NCBI GenBank assembly: GCA_029990205.1
Contig: JAPEKQ010000002.1
Span: 32,845 to 96,844, forward strand
DNA length: 64,000 bases
Direction of reading: 5' to 3'
From: a bacterium
GTDB lineage: Bacteria > Joyebacterota > Joyebacteria > Joyebacterales > Joyebacteraceae
Numbering within the stretch: the stretch's first letter is position 1; each line of letters begins with the position of its first letter. A program made the translations under genes and the position numbers. A model generated the notes under the pieces. It saw only the letters and a list, made by a program, of their open reading frames with translations, searched no databases and was not told the origin of the DNA. Positions 48,071 to 57,464 of this stretch are shown here, piece by piece.

Positions 48071-48234
48071 CGGACGGACCTCGTCTGCCTCCGCAGGCCG
48101 ACACCGCCGATGACGATGAACAGTCCTCCCGCGCCAATGAGCGGGATCATCTCGCGCGCGATGCCGACCGCGACGAGCGCCAACCCGATGACCACGAGAC
48201 CGCCGGGACGTGCCGCTCGCTTCGCTCTGGTCAT
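48067..48234 (-). CDS. 55-aa membrane protein (absent from the ORF track)
   Basis: GAGGAGG RBS; MTRAKRAARPGGLVVIGLALVAVGIAREMIPLIGAGGLFIVIGGVGLRRQTRSVR; stop overlaps the DUF1353 ATG. Confidence 0.65.
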   Translation of the reverse strand: MTRAKRAARPGGLVVIGLALVAVGIAREMIPLIGAGGLFIVIGGVGLRRQTRSVR

Positions 48235-48325
48235 GGTGCCTCCTCAGCGCACCCGAGGGCACGGCGCGCCTGTCTCAGCGTGCCGTGCCCATCGTGCGCA
48301 TGCCAGCAATCGCGTGTCCGTCTAT

Positions 48326-50287
48326 CTACTCGTCGTCCACGACCTCGTAATCGGCGTCGACAACGTTGTCGTCATCCGCGCCACCGTCGCCGCCCGGGGC
48401 CGCGCCCGCGGCGCCCATGCCCGGGCCGCCGGCCGCACCGGGACCCGCTCCCGGACCACCCGCCTGCGGACCGCCCTGCGCGTTCGTGGCGCTGGCGTAC
48501 ATCTTCTCGGCGATCTTGTGCGACGCGGTCGTGAGCGCTTCCATGTCGCGCTCGATGGCCGCGGCGTCGCCTTCCTTAAGCGTCTCCTTGAGCTTGGCGG
48601 CGGCATCCTCGATCGCCTGCTTCTCGCTGGCGTCGAGCGCGTCCCCGTGCTCCTTGAGAGACTTCTCGGTCGAGAAGACCAGCGCGTCGGCCTGGTTGCG
48701 AAGCTCGACCTCCTTGCGCTTCGCCTCGTCCTCGCCCGCGTGCGCCTCGGCGTCCTTGACCATCTTGTCGATCTCGGAGTCGTCCAGACCGCTCGAGACC
48801 TCGATGCGGATCTTCTGCTCCTTGCCGGTCCCGAGATCCTTCGCGGAGACGTGAACGATGCCGTTCGCGTCGATGTCGAAGGTCACCTCGATCTGCGGCA
48901 TGCCCCTCGGCGCCGGCGGAATCTCGGTCAGGTCGAACTTCCCGAGCGTCCGGTTCTGCGCCGCCATCGCGCGCTCACCCTGGAGCACGTGAATGGAGAC
49001 CGCGGGCTGGTTGTTCTCGGCCGTCGAGAAGATCTGGCTCTTCTTCGTCGGGATGGTCGTGTTCCGCGTGATCAGCGGAGTCATCACGCCGCCCAGCGTC
49101 TCGATACCGAGCGAGAGCGGGGTGACGTCGAGCAGCAGGACGTCCTTGACGTCCGACTCGCCCGCGAGGATGGCGCCCTGGATGGCCGCGCCGACCGCGA
49201 CGACTTCATCCGGGTTGACGCCCTTGTGAGGCTCCTTGCCGAAGAGATCCTTCACGATCTCGTTGACCTTCGGGATCCGCGTCGAGCCACCGACCAGCAC
49301 GATCTCGTCGATGTCAGACGGCGAGAGCTTCGCGTCCGCCAGAGCCTTCTTGCACGGCTCGACCGTCCGCTGAAGCAGATCGTCCACGAGCGACTCGAAC
49401 TTCGCGCGCGTAAGACTCAGGGTCAGGTGCTTCGGACCCGTCGCATCGGCCGTGATGAACGGCAGGTTGATGTCGGTCTGCAGCGTCGTCGAGAGCTCGC
49501 TCTTGGCCTTCTCGGCGGCCTCCTTCAGACGCTGGAGCGCCATCGAATCCTGCGTGAGATCGATGCCGTGCTCCTTCTTGAACTCCTCCGCGATCCAGTC
49601 GATGACGCGGTGGTCGAGGTTGTCGCCACCAAGGTGGGTATCACCGTTGGTGGAGAGCACCTTGACGAGGCCCTCGTCGATCTCGAGGATCGAGATGTCG
49701 AACGTGCCGCCGCCGAAGTCGTAGACGGCGATCTTCTCCTGCCCCTTCTTGTCGATACCGTAGGCCAGCGACGCGGCCGTCGGCTCATTGATGATACGGA
49801 GCACTTCGAGCCCGGCGATCCTGCCGGCGTCCTTCGTGGCCTGCCGCTGCGCGTCGTTGAAGTAGGCCGGAACGGTGATGACGGCCTTCTCGACCTTCTC
49901 GCCGAGATGCTGCTCGGCCGTGTTCTTCATGGCCTGGAGGATCATCGCCGAGATCTCGGGCGGTGCATACTGTTTGCCCTGCGCCTCGACCTTCACCGCA
50001 CCGCCATCATCGATGACCTTGTACGGGACCAGCCCCATTTCCTCGGAGACCTCTCCGTACCGCCGCCCGACGAACCGCTTGATCGAGAAGATCGTGTTCT
50101 CGGGGTTGGTGATGGCCTGCCGCTTCGCGACCTGGCCGACGAGCCGCTCGCCCGTCTTGGTGAACGCCACGACGGACGGCGTCGTGCGACCGCCCTCGGG
50201 GTTGGCAATGACGGTAGGCTCTCCGCCTTCCATGACGGCGACGACCGAGTTGGTCGTGCCGAGATCGATTCCGATGACCTTACTCAT
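48326..50287 (-). CDS. dnaK: Chaperone DnaK
   Basis: [41 protein letters not shown]. Confidence 0.98.
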   Translation of the reverse strand: MSKVIGIDLGTTNSVVAVMEGGEPTVIANPEGGRTTPSVVAFTKTGERLVGQVAKRQAITNPENTIFSIKRFVGRRYGEVSEEMGLVPYKVIDDGGAVKVEAQGKQYAPPEISAMILQAMKNTAEQHLGEKVEKAVITVPAYFNDAQRQATKDAGRIAGLEVLRIINEPTAASLAYGIDKKGQEKIAVYDFGGGTFDISILEIDEGLVKVLSTNGDTHLGGDNLDHRVIDWIAEEFKKEHGIDLTQDSMALQRLKEAAEKAKSELSTTLQTDINLPFITADATGPKHLTLSLTRAKFESLVDDLLQRTVEPCKKALADAKLSPSDIDEIVLVGGSTRIPKVNEIVKDLFGKEPHKGVNPDEVVAVGAAIQGAILAGESDVKDVLLLDVTPLSLGIETLGGVMTPLITRNTTIPTKKSQIFSTAENNQPAVSIHVLQGERAMAAQNRTLGKFDLTEIPPAPRGMPQIEVTFDIDANGIVHVSAKDLGTGKEQKIRIEVSSGLDDSEIDKMVKDAEAHAGEDEAKRKEVELRNQADALVFSTEKSLKEHGDALDASEKQAIEDAAAKLKETLKEGDAAAIERDMEALTTASHKIAEKMYASATNAQGGPQAGGPGAGPGAAGGPGMGAAGAAPGGDGGADDDNVVDADYEVVDDE

Positions 50288-50366
50288 ACTCCCACTTCCT
50301 TTCCTCCCCCATCTCTCGCGGCGCATCGCCGCGTCCGGGGGTCCGTTCTGGCGGCAAGTCGGCTCA

Positions 50367-50948
50367 CTAGCTCGCGACGATGACGCGAGATGGTCTCAGG
50401 AGCCGCTCACCCAGTGTGTATCCCTTCTGCATGACCTGAACGATCTCGTCCGGCTCGTGCTCGTCCGACGGCACCCTGCCGACGGCCTCATGGACGTTGG
50501 GGTCGAACCCCATGCCGTCCGTCTCGACCGGACGGACGCCCGCCTTCTCCAGCACATCCAACAGGTGCTTGAAGATCAGCTCGACGCCCTCTCGGAACGG
50601 AACGGCCGCGCCGGACTCATCCTGAGCCCCCTCCGCGAGCGCCCGCTCGAAATTGTCAACGACCTCGAGCAGCGGCAGGAGAATCCCCTCCCGCGCCTCG
50701 ACGTCCCATCGTGCCTTCTCGCGCTCGACCCGCTTCCGGTAGTTGTCCAGGTCGGCCAGCGCGCGCAGCCACTTCCTGTTGGCCTCGCTGAGCTCGTTCT
50801 CGAGCGCCTCGAGGTCCGACACTGCTTCGCCCTCGGATTCGCCGACCTCAGCTCCCGTGGTCGCCGGGTTCTCGAAGGGCGCGTTGGCTCCGGAGGCGTC
50901 GGCGCCCTCCGGATGCTTCTCGTTGTCGTGTCTCTTCCTTGCAGTCAT
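50367..50948 (-). CDS. grpE: Nucleotide exchange factor GrpE
   Basis: [37 protein letters not shown]; start uncertain. Confidence 0.94.
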   Translation of the reverse strand: MTARKRHDNEKHPEGADASGANAPFENPATTGAEVGESEGEAVSDLEALENELSEANRKWLRALADLDNYRKRVEREKARWDVEAREGILLPLLEVVDNFERALAEGAQDESGAAVPFREGVELIFKHLLDVLEKAGVRPVETDGMGFDPNVHEAVGRVPSDEHEPDEIVQVMQKGYTLGERLLRPSRVIVAS

Positions 50949-51013
50949 GTCTGACCGAAGACTCCTGTTCGGTGTGTCAGTCGATGTCAACGTGCCGGTC
51001 GAAACCGATAGCG

Positions 51014-52063
51014 CTAGCGCCGCTCCTCGGTCCCGTCCGACGAGAAGAAATCGTCGAGAAGCCCCGAGAGATGACCGACGAGTCCCACGAGCCGGCGGTA
51101 GCGCATCCGGGTCGGACCGATGACGCCGATGCGTCCCACGGTCGCGCCGACCCGATAGCTTCCGACGATGAGCGATACACCGCGCATCTTCTTCCGTCTG
51201 TTCTCGCCACCGATGGTGACCGCCACGTCCTGCGGGTCGGCCGGACCACGGACGAGATCGGCAAGAGCCTCTTCGCTGTCGAGGATCTCACCGAGGATCG
51301 ATGCGTCATCCGAGAACTCCGGATGCCGCAGCATGTACCGCGCGCCCTCGTAGTGCACGCGCTCTGAGTCGTGGAAATGGAACAGAGCAGGCCACTGCTC
51401 GACGAGCGGGCAGAGCAGACTCGCGAACGGGCAGTCCTTCTCCCCAACCTTCGTCGCCAGGATCTTCTCGGCGTCGCCGACGGCCAGTCCGGCGACCCAA
51501 TCGTTGAGCAGCGCGGTCGCGGCCTGAGCGGTCTGTCGGTCGGCCGGTGACGCGCACTCGAAGACGGCGCTCCGTGTCTGGCCGGACCGCATGCTGACGG
51601 CCGCCAGACATCTGGTCGCATCGAGCGGGACGACCTCCATCCGCTCGATGACGCTGCTCTCCACGGCGGGCTCGAGCCCGACGGCGAGCTGGTGCGCAAC
51701 GTCGCTGACCATGCGGGAGACTTCGGTGAGGACGGTCGCGAGGTCGTGCCCCCGCAACACCGTCAGCTCGGCGGTGAGTCTCGTGCGGTCTCTCTCCGGA
51801 AGAAGGACGGGGCCCATGAGCCGGTCGACGTAGTACCGGTACCCCTCGTCGGCCGGTATGCGTCCCGCGGAGGTGTGCGGCTGCCTGATGAGACCTCGCT
51901 CCTCGAGCGCGCGCATGACGTTGCGCACGGTCGCGGACGACACGTCGAGTCCCGAACGCTTCACAACAGCGCTCGAACTCACAGGTCTCGCCGTCTCGAC
52001 GTAGTCCCGGATGACGGCTGTGAGGATCTTCTCCTCACGCTCTGTCAGGTCTGCCCGCGTCAC
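51014..52063 (-). CDS. hrcA: Heat-inducible repressor HrcA
   Basis: SSATVRN, QPHTSAGRIP, GYRYYVD, IGGEN, IGPTRMRY. Confidence 0.95.
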   Translation of the reverse strand: MTRADLTEREEKILTAVIRDYVETARPVSSSAVVKRSGLDVSSATVRNVMRALEERGLIRQPHTSAGRIPADEGYRYYVDRLMGPVLLPERDRTRLTAELTVLRGHDLATVLTEVSRMVSDVAHQLAVGLEPAVESSVIERMEVVPLDATRCLAAVSMRSGQTRSAVFECASPADRQTAQAATALLNDWVAGLAVGDAEKILATKVGEKDCPFASLLCPLVEQWPALFHFHDSERVHYEGARYMLRHPEFSDDASILGEILDSEEALADLVRGPADPQDVAVTIGGENRRKKMRGVSLIVGSYRVGATVGRIGVIGPTRMRYRRLVGLVGHLSGLLDDFFSSDGTEERR

Positions 52064-52081
52064 GATCCCCTCCCGAGGATG

Positions 52082-52108
52082 TTAGCACTCGTATAACGAG
52101 AGTGCTAA
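52082..52108. promoter_or_regulatory. CIRCE operator
   Basis: Perfect TTAGCACTC-N9-GAGTGCTAA, 18 bp upstream of hrcA. Confidence 0.97.
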
Positions 52109-52118
52109 TCTACGAGTC

Positions 52119-52147
52119 AACATAGACCCGCACGGAGGGGGTGTCAA
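52119..52147 (-). promoter_or_regulatory. Sigma70 promoter of the hrcA operon
   Basis: TTGACA-17 nt-TATGTT just upstream of CIRCE. Confidence 0.72.
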
Positions 52148-52177
52148 GCGGAAAGGGGTGCGGAAAACGGCCCTGTA

Positions 52178-52807
52178 TCAGCGAATCAGGCTGAACAGCC
52201 GGTCGAATCGAGGCCGGCTGAGCGTGGAATCCCAGGACCAGTAGATGACGATCGCCTTGCCCTGCATCAGGCTCTTGTCGAGGAACCCCCACTCCCTGCT
52301 GTCGGCGCTCCAGTTGCGGTTGTCGCCGAGCATCAGGAGCTGACCCTCGGGAACCTTGACCGGACCGAAGCTCGACCAGCGCGGGGTCGGCGGCTTGAGC
52401 TTGATGTACTCCTCGACGACGCGCTCGCCGTTGACATAGAGCGCGTTGTTCTTGAGTTCGACGATGTCGCCCGGCGTGCCGATGCAGCGCTTCACGTAGT
52501 TCTCCTTCGGCGCGCGCGGGTCGGGGTTGGGATACTCGAAGACGATGATGTCACCGCGCTTCGGCTCGCGGATGCCGCGGAGCCTTGTCTCGGTGAACGG
52601 CACCTTGATGCCGTAGATGAACTTGTTGACGACGAGGAAGTCCCCGATCAGCAGAGAGTCCTCCATCGAACCGGAAGGGATGCGGAAGGTCTGGACGACG
52701 AACGCGCGCAGAATGAGTGCGAGCAGGACGGCCGTGACGACCGTCTCCACGAAATCCCTGTAGTAGCCCTTGCGGGACGCCGGCTTCCTGCCGCTTGTCG
52801 CCATCAC
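52178..52807 (-). CDS. lepB: Signal peptidase I
   Basis: IPSGSM, GD..VNKFIYG, RGDIIVF, YVKRCIG, GDNRNWSADSREWG. Confidence 0.95.
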   Translation of the reverse strand: MMATSGRKPASRKGYYRDFVETVVTAVLLALILRAFVVQTFRIPSGSMEDSLLIGDFLVVNKFIYGIKVPFTETRLRGIREPKRGDIIVFEYPNPDPRAPKENYVKRCIGTPGDIVELKNNALYVNGERVVEEYIKLKPPTPRWSSFGPVKVPEGQLLMLGDNRNWSADSREWGFLDKSLMQGKAIVIYWSWDSTLSRPRFDRLFSLIR

Positions 52808-52819
52808 GTGTTCCTTCCT

Positions 52820-53347
52820 TTAGAACCTGACCTCGAATCCGACGCGGAAGCCGTCTCCGCGCGCGGCGGGAGATGCGGCGACCGCCGCGTCCAGCCCGCC
52901 CGGGGTGTTGTCATCGAAGCCCGAGAGATGTGCGTCGACGTACGCATCCGTGATGCTGTAGAGCGCGAGGATGGCCGTCCACCAGATCAGTGTCTGTCTT
53001 CTGTCGAAGTGCTCCGAGTATTCCTCGAAATAGTCGTTGTCGCCCGTCTCGTAGTAGTTCCTGAGCGCGTAGCGGGTCCAGCGATCCTCCAGAACGAGCT
53101 GAGCGATCAGCAGGGCCTCCACGCCGCCGATGATGGCGGCCTTGCGCTCGGTCCCGTTGAGAAACTGACCGAGCCCCGGGTAGGCTGCCGACGCGATGAG
53201 AACCCTCGCGCCGCCCGGCCTTGTGGACGCCGCCTCCTGCCCCGTCACCGCCCCTTGCCGCGTGACCGACCCCTGCCCCATCGCGACCGCCGGAACCAGT
53301 ATCGCGACTGCGAGCACGAGCACGAGTGCGGCGGGACCGGTTCTCAT
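52820..53347 (-). CDS. Hypothetical exported/membrane protein
   Basis: Signal peptide; SAAYPGLGQFLNG; DAYVDAHLSGFD; terminal Phe; TGATG coupling to the upstream gene. Confidence 0.75.
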   Translation of the reverse strand: MRTGPAALVLVLAVAILVPAVAMGQGSVTRQGAVTGQEAASTRPGGARVLIASAAYPGLGQFLNGTERKAAIIGGVEALLIAQLVLEDRWTRYALRNYYETGDNDYFEEYSEHFDRRQTLIWWTAILALYSITDAYVDAHLSGFDDNTPGGLDAAVAASPAARGDGFRVGFEVRF

Positions 53348-54318
53348 CAGATCGCGAGCTCCTTGACGCGCCGGGAGGTGAACGGCTCAACCACGAACTC
53401 CGCGGGCTCGGCGTCACCACCCCAGCAGCGGACGCGGATGCTCTCGCCCTCCTCGGTGTCCGCGTAGCGCGCGACCAGTCGCGAGGACATCTCAAGGTTC
53501 TCCGGGGTCGGTTCGCCCCGGAAGACGCCGACCGGCCCCTTGTGCTCCACGGCCTTGATGAACATCACACCTTCGGACTCGAGTTCAAAGAGCCGCTCGT
53601 TCTCCGCGTGGTTGCGCCCGACGATGAGCTTCGCGGTATCCGTGAGCCGGAACTGCCGCCCCATCGAGATCAGCCGGACATCGACCGATGAGAGCGCCCC
53701 GTGCTTCCTGACATCCTTCAGAGCTCTCGCGAAGTTCTCGTCGGTCAGAAGGCAACCGCCGGCCGGCGAGGCGTACCGTTCGATGCCGAACTGCTCGGCC
53801 AGCTCGATCTGCGGCTTCCGGGTCCGCCCGTGGAGACCGAGGAGCTTCTCCCGGTCGACCCATCCCTCGAGCTCCGGCACCGTCGGCGCCAGGAGCTTCG
53901 CGGACAGCGGCCTGAGCAGGCGCCCCCCGATCCCGGACTCGCGCTCGACGGCGCCGAGTCCGAACCGCATCTGCGACTTCGGGCGCTGACCGACGACCTC
54001 GCCGGTGACGATGAAGGAGGCCCCGAGCTCCTCGAGCTTGCCGGCGGCCGTCTTGACCATCATCGCGTGGCAGTCGATGCACGGGTTCATGTGCTTGCCG
54101 TACCCGTGCTTCGGCGCCTCGATCGTTCGGAAGATCTCCTCGGTGATATCGATGACGACGAGCTCGATACCGAGCTCCTCCGCACCGATCTTCGCTCCTC
54201 CCGCACCGAAGAACGGCGAGACGAAGCTCACGCCTATCACCTCGATGCCCTGTTCCATGATCAGACGGGCAGCGAGCAGGCTGTCGAGCCCACCAGAGAG
54301 AAGCGCCAGGGCCTTCAC
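53347..54318 (-). CDS. PP-loop tRNA thiouridylase-like protein (ThiI/MnmA-like, DUF814-associated family)
   Basis: ALLSGGLDS, NPCIDCH, TGEVVGQRPKSQ, LRPLSAK, PAGGCLLTD, GRQFRL..GRN; GGAGG RBS before GTG 54318. Confidence 0.85.
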   Translation of the reverse strand: MKALALLSGGLDSLLAARLIMEQGIEVIGVSFVSPFFGAGGAKIGAEELGIELVVIDITEEIFRTIEAPKHGYGKHMNPCIDCHAMMVKTAAGKLEELGASFIVTGEVVGQRPKSQMRFGLGAVERESGIGGRLLRPLSAKLLAPTVPELEGWVDREKLLGLHGRTRKPQIELAEQFGIERYASPAGGCLLTDENFARALKDVRKHGALSSVDVRLISMGRQFRLTDTAKLIVGRNHAENERLFELESEGVMFIKAVEHKGPVGVFRGEPTPENLEMSSRLVARYADTEEGESIRVRCWGGDAEPAEFVVEPFTSRRVKELAI

Positions 54319-54349
54319 TAGTTGGAGCCTCCGAAACGTGAAATGGTTG

Positions 54350-54448
54350 TGGCGGGAATGTGTGGGAATCGAACCCACCCCGGACGGGATTAACCGCCCA
54401 GCATAAGGGTTTGAAGCCCTCGGGGCCCACCAGGACCCATCCATCCCC
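54350..54448 (-). tRNA. selC: tRNA-Sec(UCA)
   Basis: ~99 nt; 8-position acceptor GGGGATGG/ACATTCCC-G-CCA; 6-bp D stem GGGTCC-TGGT-GGGCCC; anticodon loop CT-TCA-AA; long variable arm; GTGGG-TTCGATT-CCCAC. Confidence 0.95.
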
Positions 54449-54582
54449 GCATATCGGTGCGTCCGGCGGATGGCCGGACGTGTCCGTCTGCGACCGGGCA
54501 TGTCCGGTCCCGGACCGGACTCTACGAAGCAGTATAACCGACAAGTGCCGCGCGAGCTAGCGCGGGGCGCACGCCCTGCGGG

Positions 54583-55626
54583 CTAGCGCAGGGAGATGGG
54601 GTGCGGTCCCTGGGGTCTGACGCGGCCGATACGCCACCAGCCGGCCTCGTCCACGGCCATCTCCCGCTCGAAGACCGGGAGCGCGTCCTCGGGAAGCGCC
54701 ACCAGGAGTCCGCCAGAGGTCTGCGGATCGAATGTCAGTTCGGTGACCACGGTGTCCGCTGTCTCGATCGAGACGCGAGGCGAGTAGAAGTGCCGGTTGG
54801 TGCCCAGACCGCCCGGGGCGATCCCGTCAGCACAGAGCTCGCGTGCCCCATCCATCAACGGGAGTTCGGCGGCGTCGATCTCGATGGTCACGCCGCTCCC
54901 CTCGGCCATCTCGAGCGCGTGTCCTATCAGACCGAAACCCGTGACGTCGGTCGCCGCATGCGCGCCGGCGGCGATCATCGCGCGCGAAGCCGACCGGTTG
55001 AGCGTCGCCATCTGCTCGGTGAGCGCGCCCACCGTCTCCGCCGGCACCCGCTCGAACTTGATGCCGGTCGCGATCACGCCCGTCCCGAGCGGCTTCGTGA
55101 GGACCATCACATCACCCGGCGTCGCGCCCACGTTCGACACGATGCGATCCGGGTGGATGGTTCCGACGACGGCCATCCCGAACTTGAGTTCCTGATCGCT
55201 CACCGAGTGCCCGCCGATCGTCAGGACCCCGGCCTCGAGCGCCTTCTTCTGTGCGCCGGCGAGAATGTCACCGAGCACGGCGTTGGGAAGATCGCCGTCC
55301 GGGAAGCAGACGATGTTGAGCCCGATGAGCGGCGTGCCGCCCATCGCGTAGACATCGGAGATGGAGTTGGCCGCGGCCACGCGGCCGAAGTCGAACGGAT
55401 CGTCGACAACGGGCGTGAAGAAGTCGAGCGTGAACACCAGCGCGGTGTCGTCGTTAAGACGATACACCCCGGCGTCGTCCGCCGTGCTCGTCGAGACGAG
55501 GACGCGCGGATCCACGATCGGCGCAAGGCCCTTGAGCGCTTCGGCGAGGTCCTCCGGACCCAGCTTGGATGCTCAACCAGAGCAGCGGACCTTCTGGGTC
55601 AGCTTGTAGATCTCTTCACGAGACAC
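54583..55626 (-). CDS. selD: Selenophosphate synthetase, selenocysteine-containing (UGA = codon 18)
   Basis: The track ORF is N-truncated. From AGGAG+GTG 55626 it reads MSREEIYKLTQKVRCSG-U(TGA 55573-55575)-ASKLGP..DDAGVY, DFFTPVVDDP, AANSISDVYAMGG, GGHS, DVTGFGL, DPQTSGGLL. Confidence 0.93.
55548..55560 (-). promoter_or_regulatory. Putative bacterial SECIS hairpin
   Basis: GGTCC-GGA-GGACC begins 12 nt 3' of the in-frame UGA and has a G-containing apical loop. Confidence 0.6.
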
Positions 55627-55634
55627 GCTGTCTC

Positions 55635-57464
55635 CTATTCAACCGTCACGCTCTTGGCGAGATTGCGCGGCTGATCGACATCGCACCCTCGCAGCACGGC
55701 GATGTAGTACGCCAGCAGCTGGAGCGGCACGACCGCGAGCAGCGGCATGAGATGGGGCAGGGTATCGGGAACCTCCAACACGTCGTCGGCGATCCTGGCG
55801 ACCTCGGTGTCGCCCTCGGTCGCGATGGCGAGCACCCGCCCGCCGCGCGACTTCACCTCCTCCATGTTCGAGAGGATCTTCTCGTAGAACGGGTCCTGCG
55901 TCGCGATGAACACGACCGGCATCTTCTCGTCGATGAGCGCGATCGGACCGTGCTTCATCTCGGCGGCCGGGTAGCCCTCGGCGTGGATGTAACTGATCTC
56001 CTTGAGCTTCAGAGCGCCCTCGAGCGCGACCGGGAAGTTGTAGCCGCGGCCGAGGTACAGGAAGTTCTGGTGGCCCGCGTACTTCTCGGCGATCTTCTCG
56101 ACCTTGCCGCTCTGCCCCAGGATATCCCCGATCTGACTCGGAATGTCGAGCATGGCGCGGACGATCCGGCGACCGTCGATGACGGAGATGCTGTGCGCGC
56201 GGCCGACCGAGAGCGCGATCGCGGCCAGAACCATGACCTGCGATGTGAAGGCCTTGGTCGAAGCCACCCCGATCTCGGGGCCGGCGTGCGTGTAGACTCC
56301 GCCGTCGCTCTGACGAGCGATCGACGAGCCGACGACGTTGACGATGCCGAGCGTGGTGCCGCCGCGCCGCTGGACCTCCCCCATCGCCGCGAGCGTGTCG
56401 CGCGTCTCACCGGACTGACTGATGACGATGGCGAGGTCGCCCGGGTTGATGACAGGGTTGCGGTAGCGGAACTCGGAGGCGTACTCGACCTCGACCGAGA
56501 CCCTGGCGAGATCCTCGAGCATGTACTCGCCGATGAGTCCCGAGTGCCAGGAGGTCCCGCACGCGAGGATGAGGATCCTCTCGGCCTTCTTGAGCGCATC
56601 GCGATGCTCCCGGAGCCCTCCGAGAAACGCGTCGCCCGACGCCTCGATGAGCCGGCCGCGTACGGCGTCCATGACCGTCCGCTCCTGCTCATTGATCTCC
56701 TTGAGCATGTAATGCGGGTAGCCGTTCTTCTGCATCTGATCGACGTCCCACGTGATCCGCTCGACGTCCTTGGTGATAGAGACGTTCTGGAGCGTCGTGG
56801 TGGAGAATCCGTCCGGCGTCGCCACGACCATCTCGCGGTCGTCGAGGTAGACGACGTCCTTCGTGTGACGGACGAGCGCGGCGACGTCGGAGGCGACGAA
56901 GTAGCCCTCGCGCCCGATGCCGACGATGAGCGGGCTGCCGTTCCTCGCGGCGACGAGCATCTCCGGCTCGTCGGCGTGGATGGCCGCGATGCCGTACGCG
57001 CCGTGAACCCCCGCGAGCGCTGCGCGAACCGCCGCGGCAAGGTCGCCCGTGTAGTACTTCTCGATGAGGTGCGCGAGGACCTCGGTATCGGTCTCCGTCT
57101 GGAACGAGTGTCCCTCGGTCTCGAGCTGCCGCCTCAGAGGACGGTAGTTCTCGACGATGCCGTTGTGGACGACCGCGATCTTGCCGGTGCTGTCCGAGTG
57201 AGGATGGGCGTTCATCGCCGACGGCTCCCCGTGGGTCGCCCACCGCGTGTGCGCGATGCCGGTGCCGCCGATGACCGGGTCGCCGGACAGCACGCCCGCG
57301 AGCGCCTCGATCTTGCCGACCGTCTTCCGGACGTCAACGCGACCGTCATGCAGAACGGCGACACCCGCGCTGTCGTAGCCGCGGTACTCCATCCGGCGCA
57401 GACCCTCAACGAGAGTCGGCACCATGTCGTCCTTCCTCGTCACGCATCCGATGATCCCGCACAT
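55635..57464 (-). CDS. glmS: Glutamine-fructose-6-phosphate transaminase
   Basis: MCGIIG, EYRGYDSAG, HTRWATHG, SQSGET, VASTKAF, QPRNLAKSVTVE. Confidence 0.98.
   Translation of the reverse strand: MCGIIGCVTRKDDMVPTLVEGLRRMEYRGYDSAGVAVLHDGRVDVRKTVGKIEALAGVLSGDPVIGGTGIAHTRWATHGEPSAMNAHPHSDSTGKIAVVHNGIVENYRPLRRQLETEGHSFQTETDTEVLAHLIEKYYTGDLAAAVRAALAGVHGAYGIAAIHADEPEMLVAARNGSPLIVGIGREGYFVASDVAALVRHTKDVVYLDDREMVVATPDGFSTTTLQNVSITKDVERITWDVDQMQKNGYPHYMLKEINEQERTVMDAVRGRLIEASGDAFLGGLREHRDALKKAERILILACGTSWHSGLIGEYMLEDLARVSVEVEYASEFRYRNPVINPGDLAIVISQSGETRDTLAAMGEVQRRGGTTLGIVNVVGSSIARQSDGGVYTHAGPEIGVASTKAFTSQVMVLAAIALSVGRAHSISVIDGRRIVRAMLDIPSQIGDILGQSGKVEKIAEKYAGHQNFLYLGRGYNFPVALEGALKLKEISYIHAEGYPAAEMKHGPIALIDEKMPVVFIATQDPFYEKILSNMEEVKSRGGRVLAIATEGDTEVARIADDVLEVPDTLPHLMPLLAVVPLQLLAYYIAVLRGCDVDQPRNLAKSVTVE

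Noticed and set aside
54350..54448. UCA tRNA as an opal suppressor or sign of genetic code 4/25
   Set aside because: The long variable arm, 6-bp D stem and adjacency to selD identify tRNA-Sec, and TGA ends many genes here at their expected C-termini
54319..54501. N-terminal extension of the thiouridylase-like ORF in the track
   Set aside because: It runs through tRNA-Sec; the real start is GTG 54318 with a GGAGG RBS
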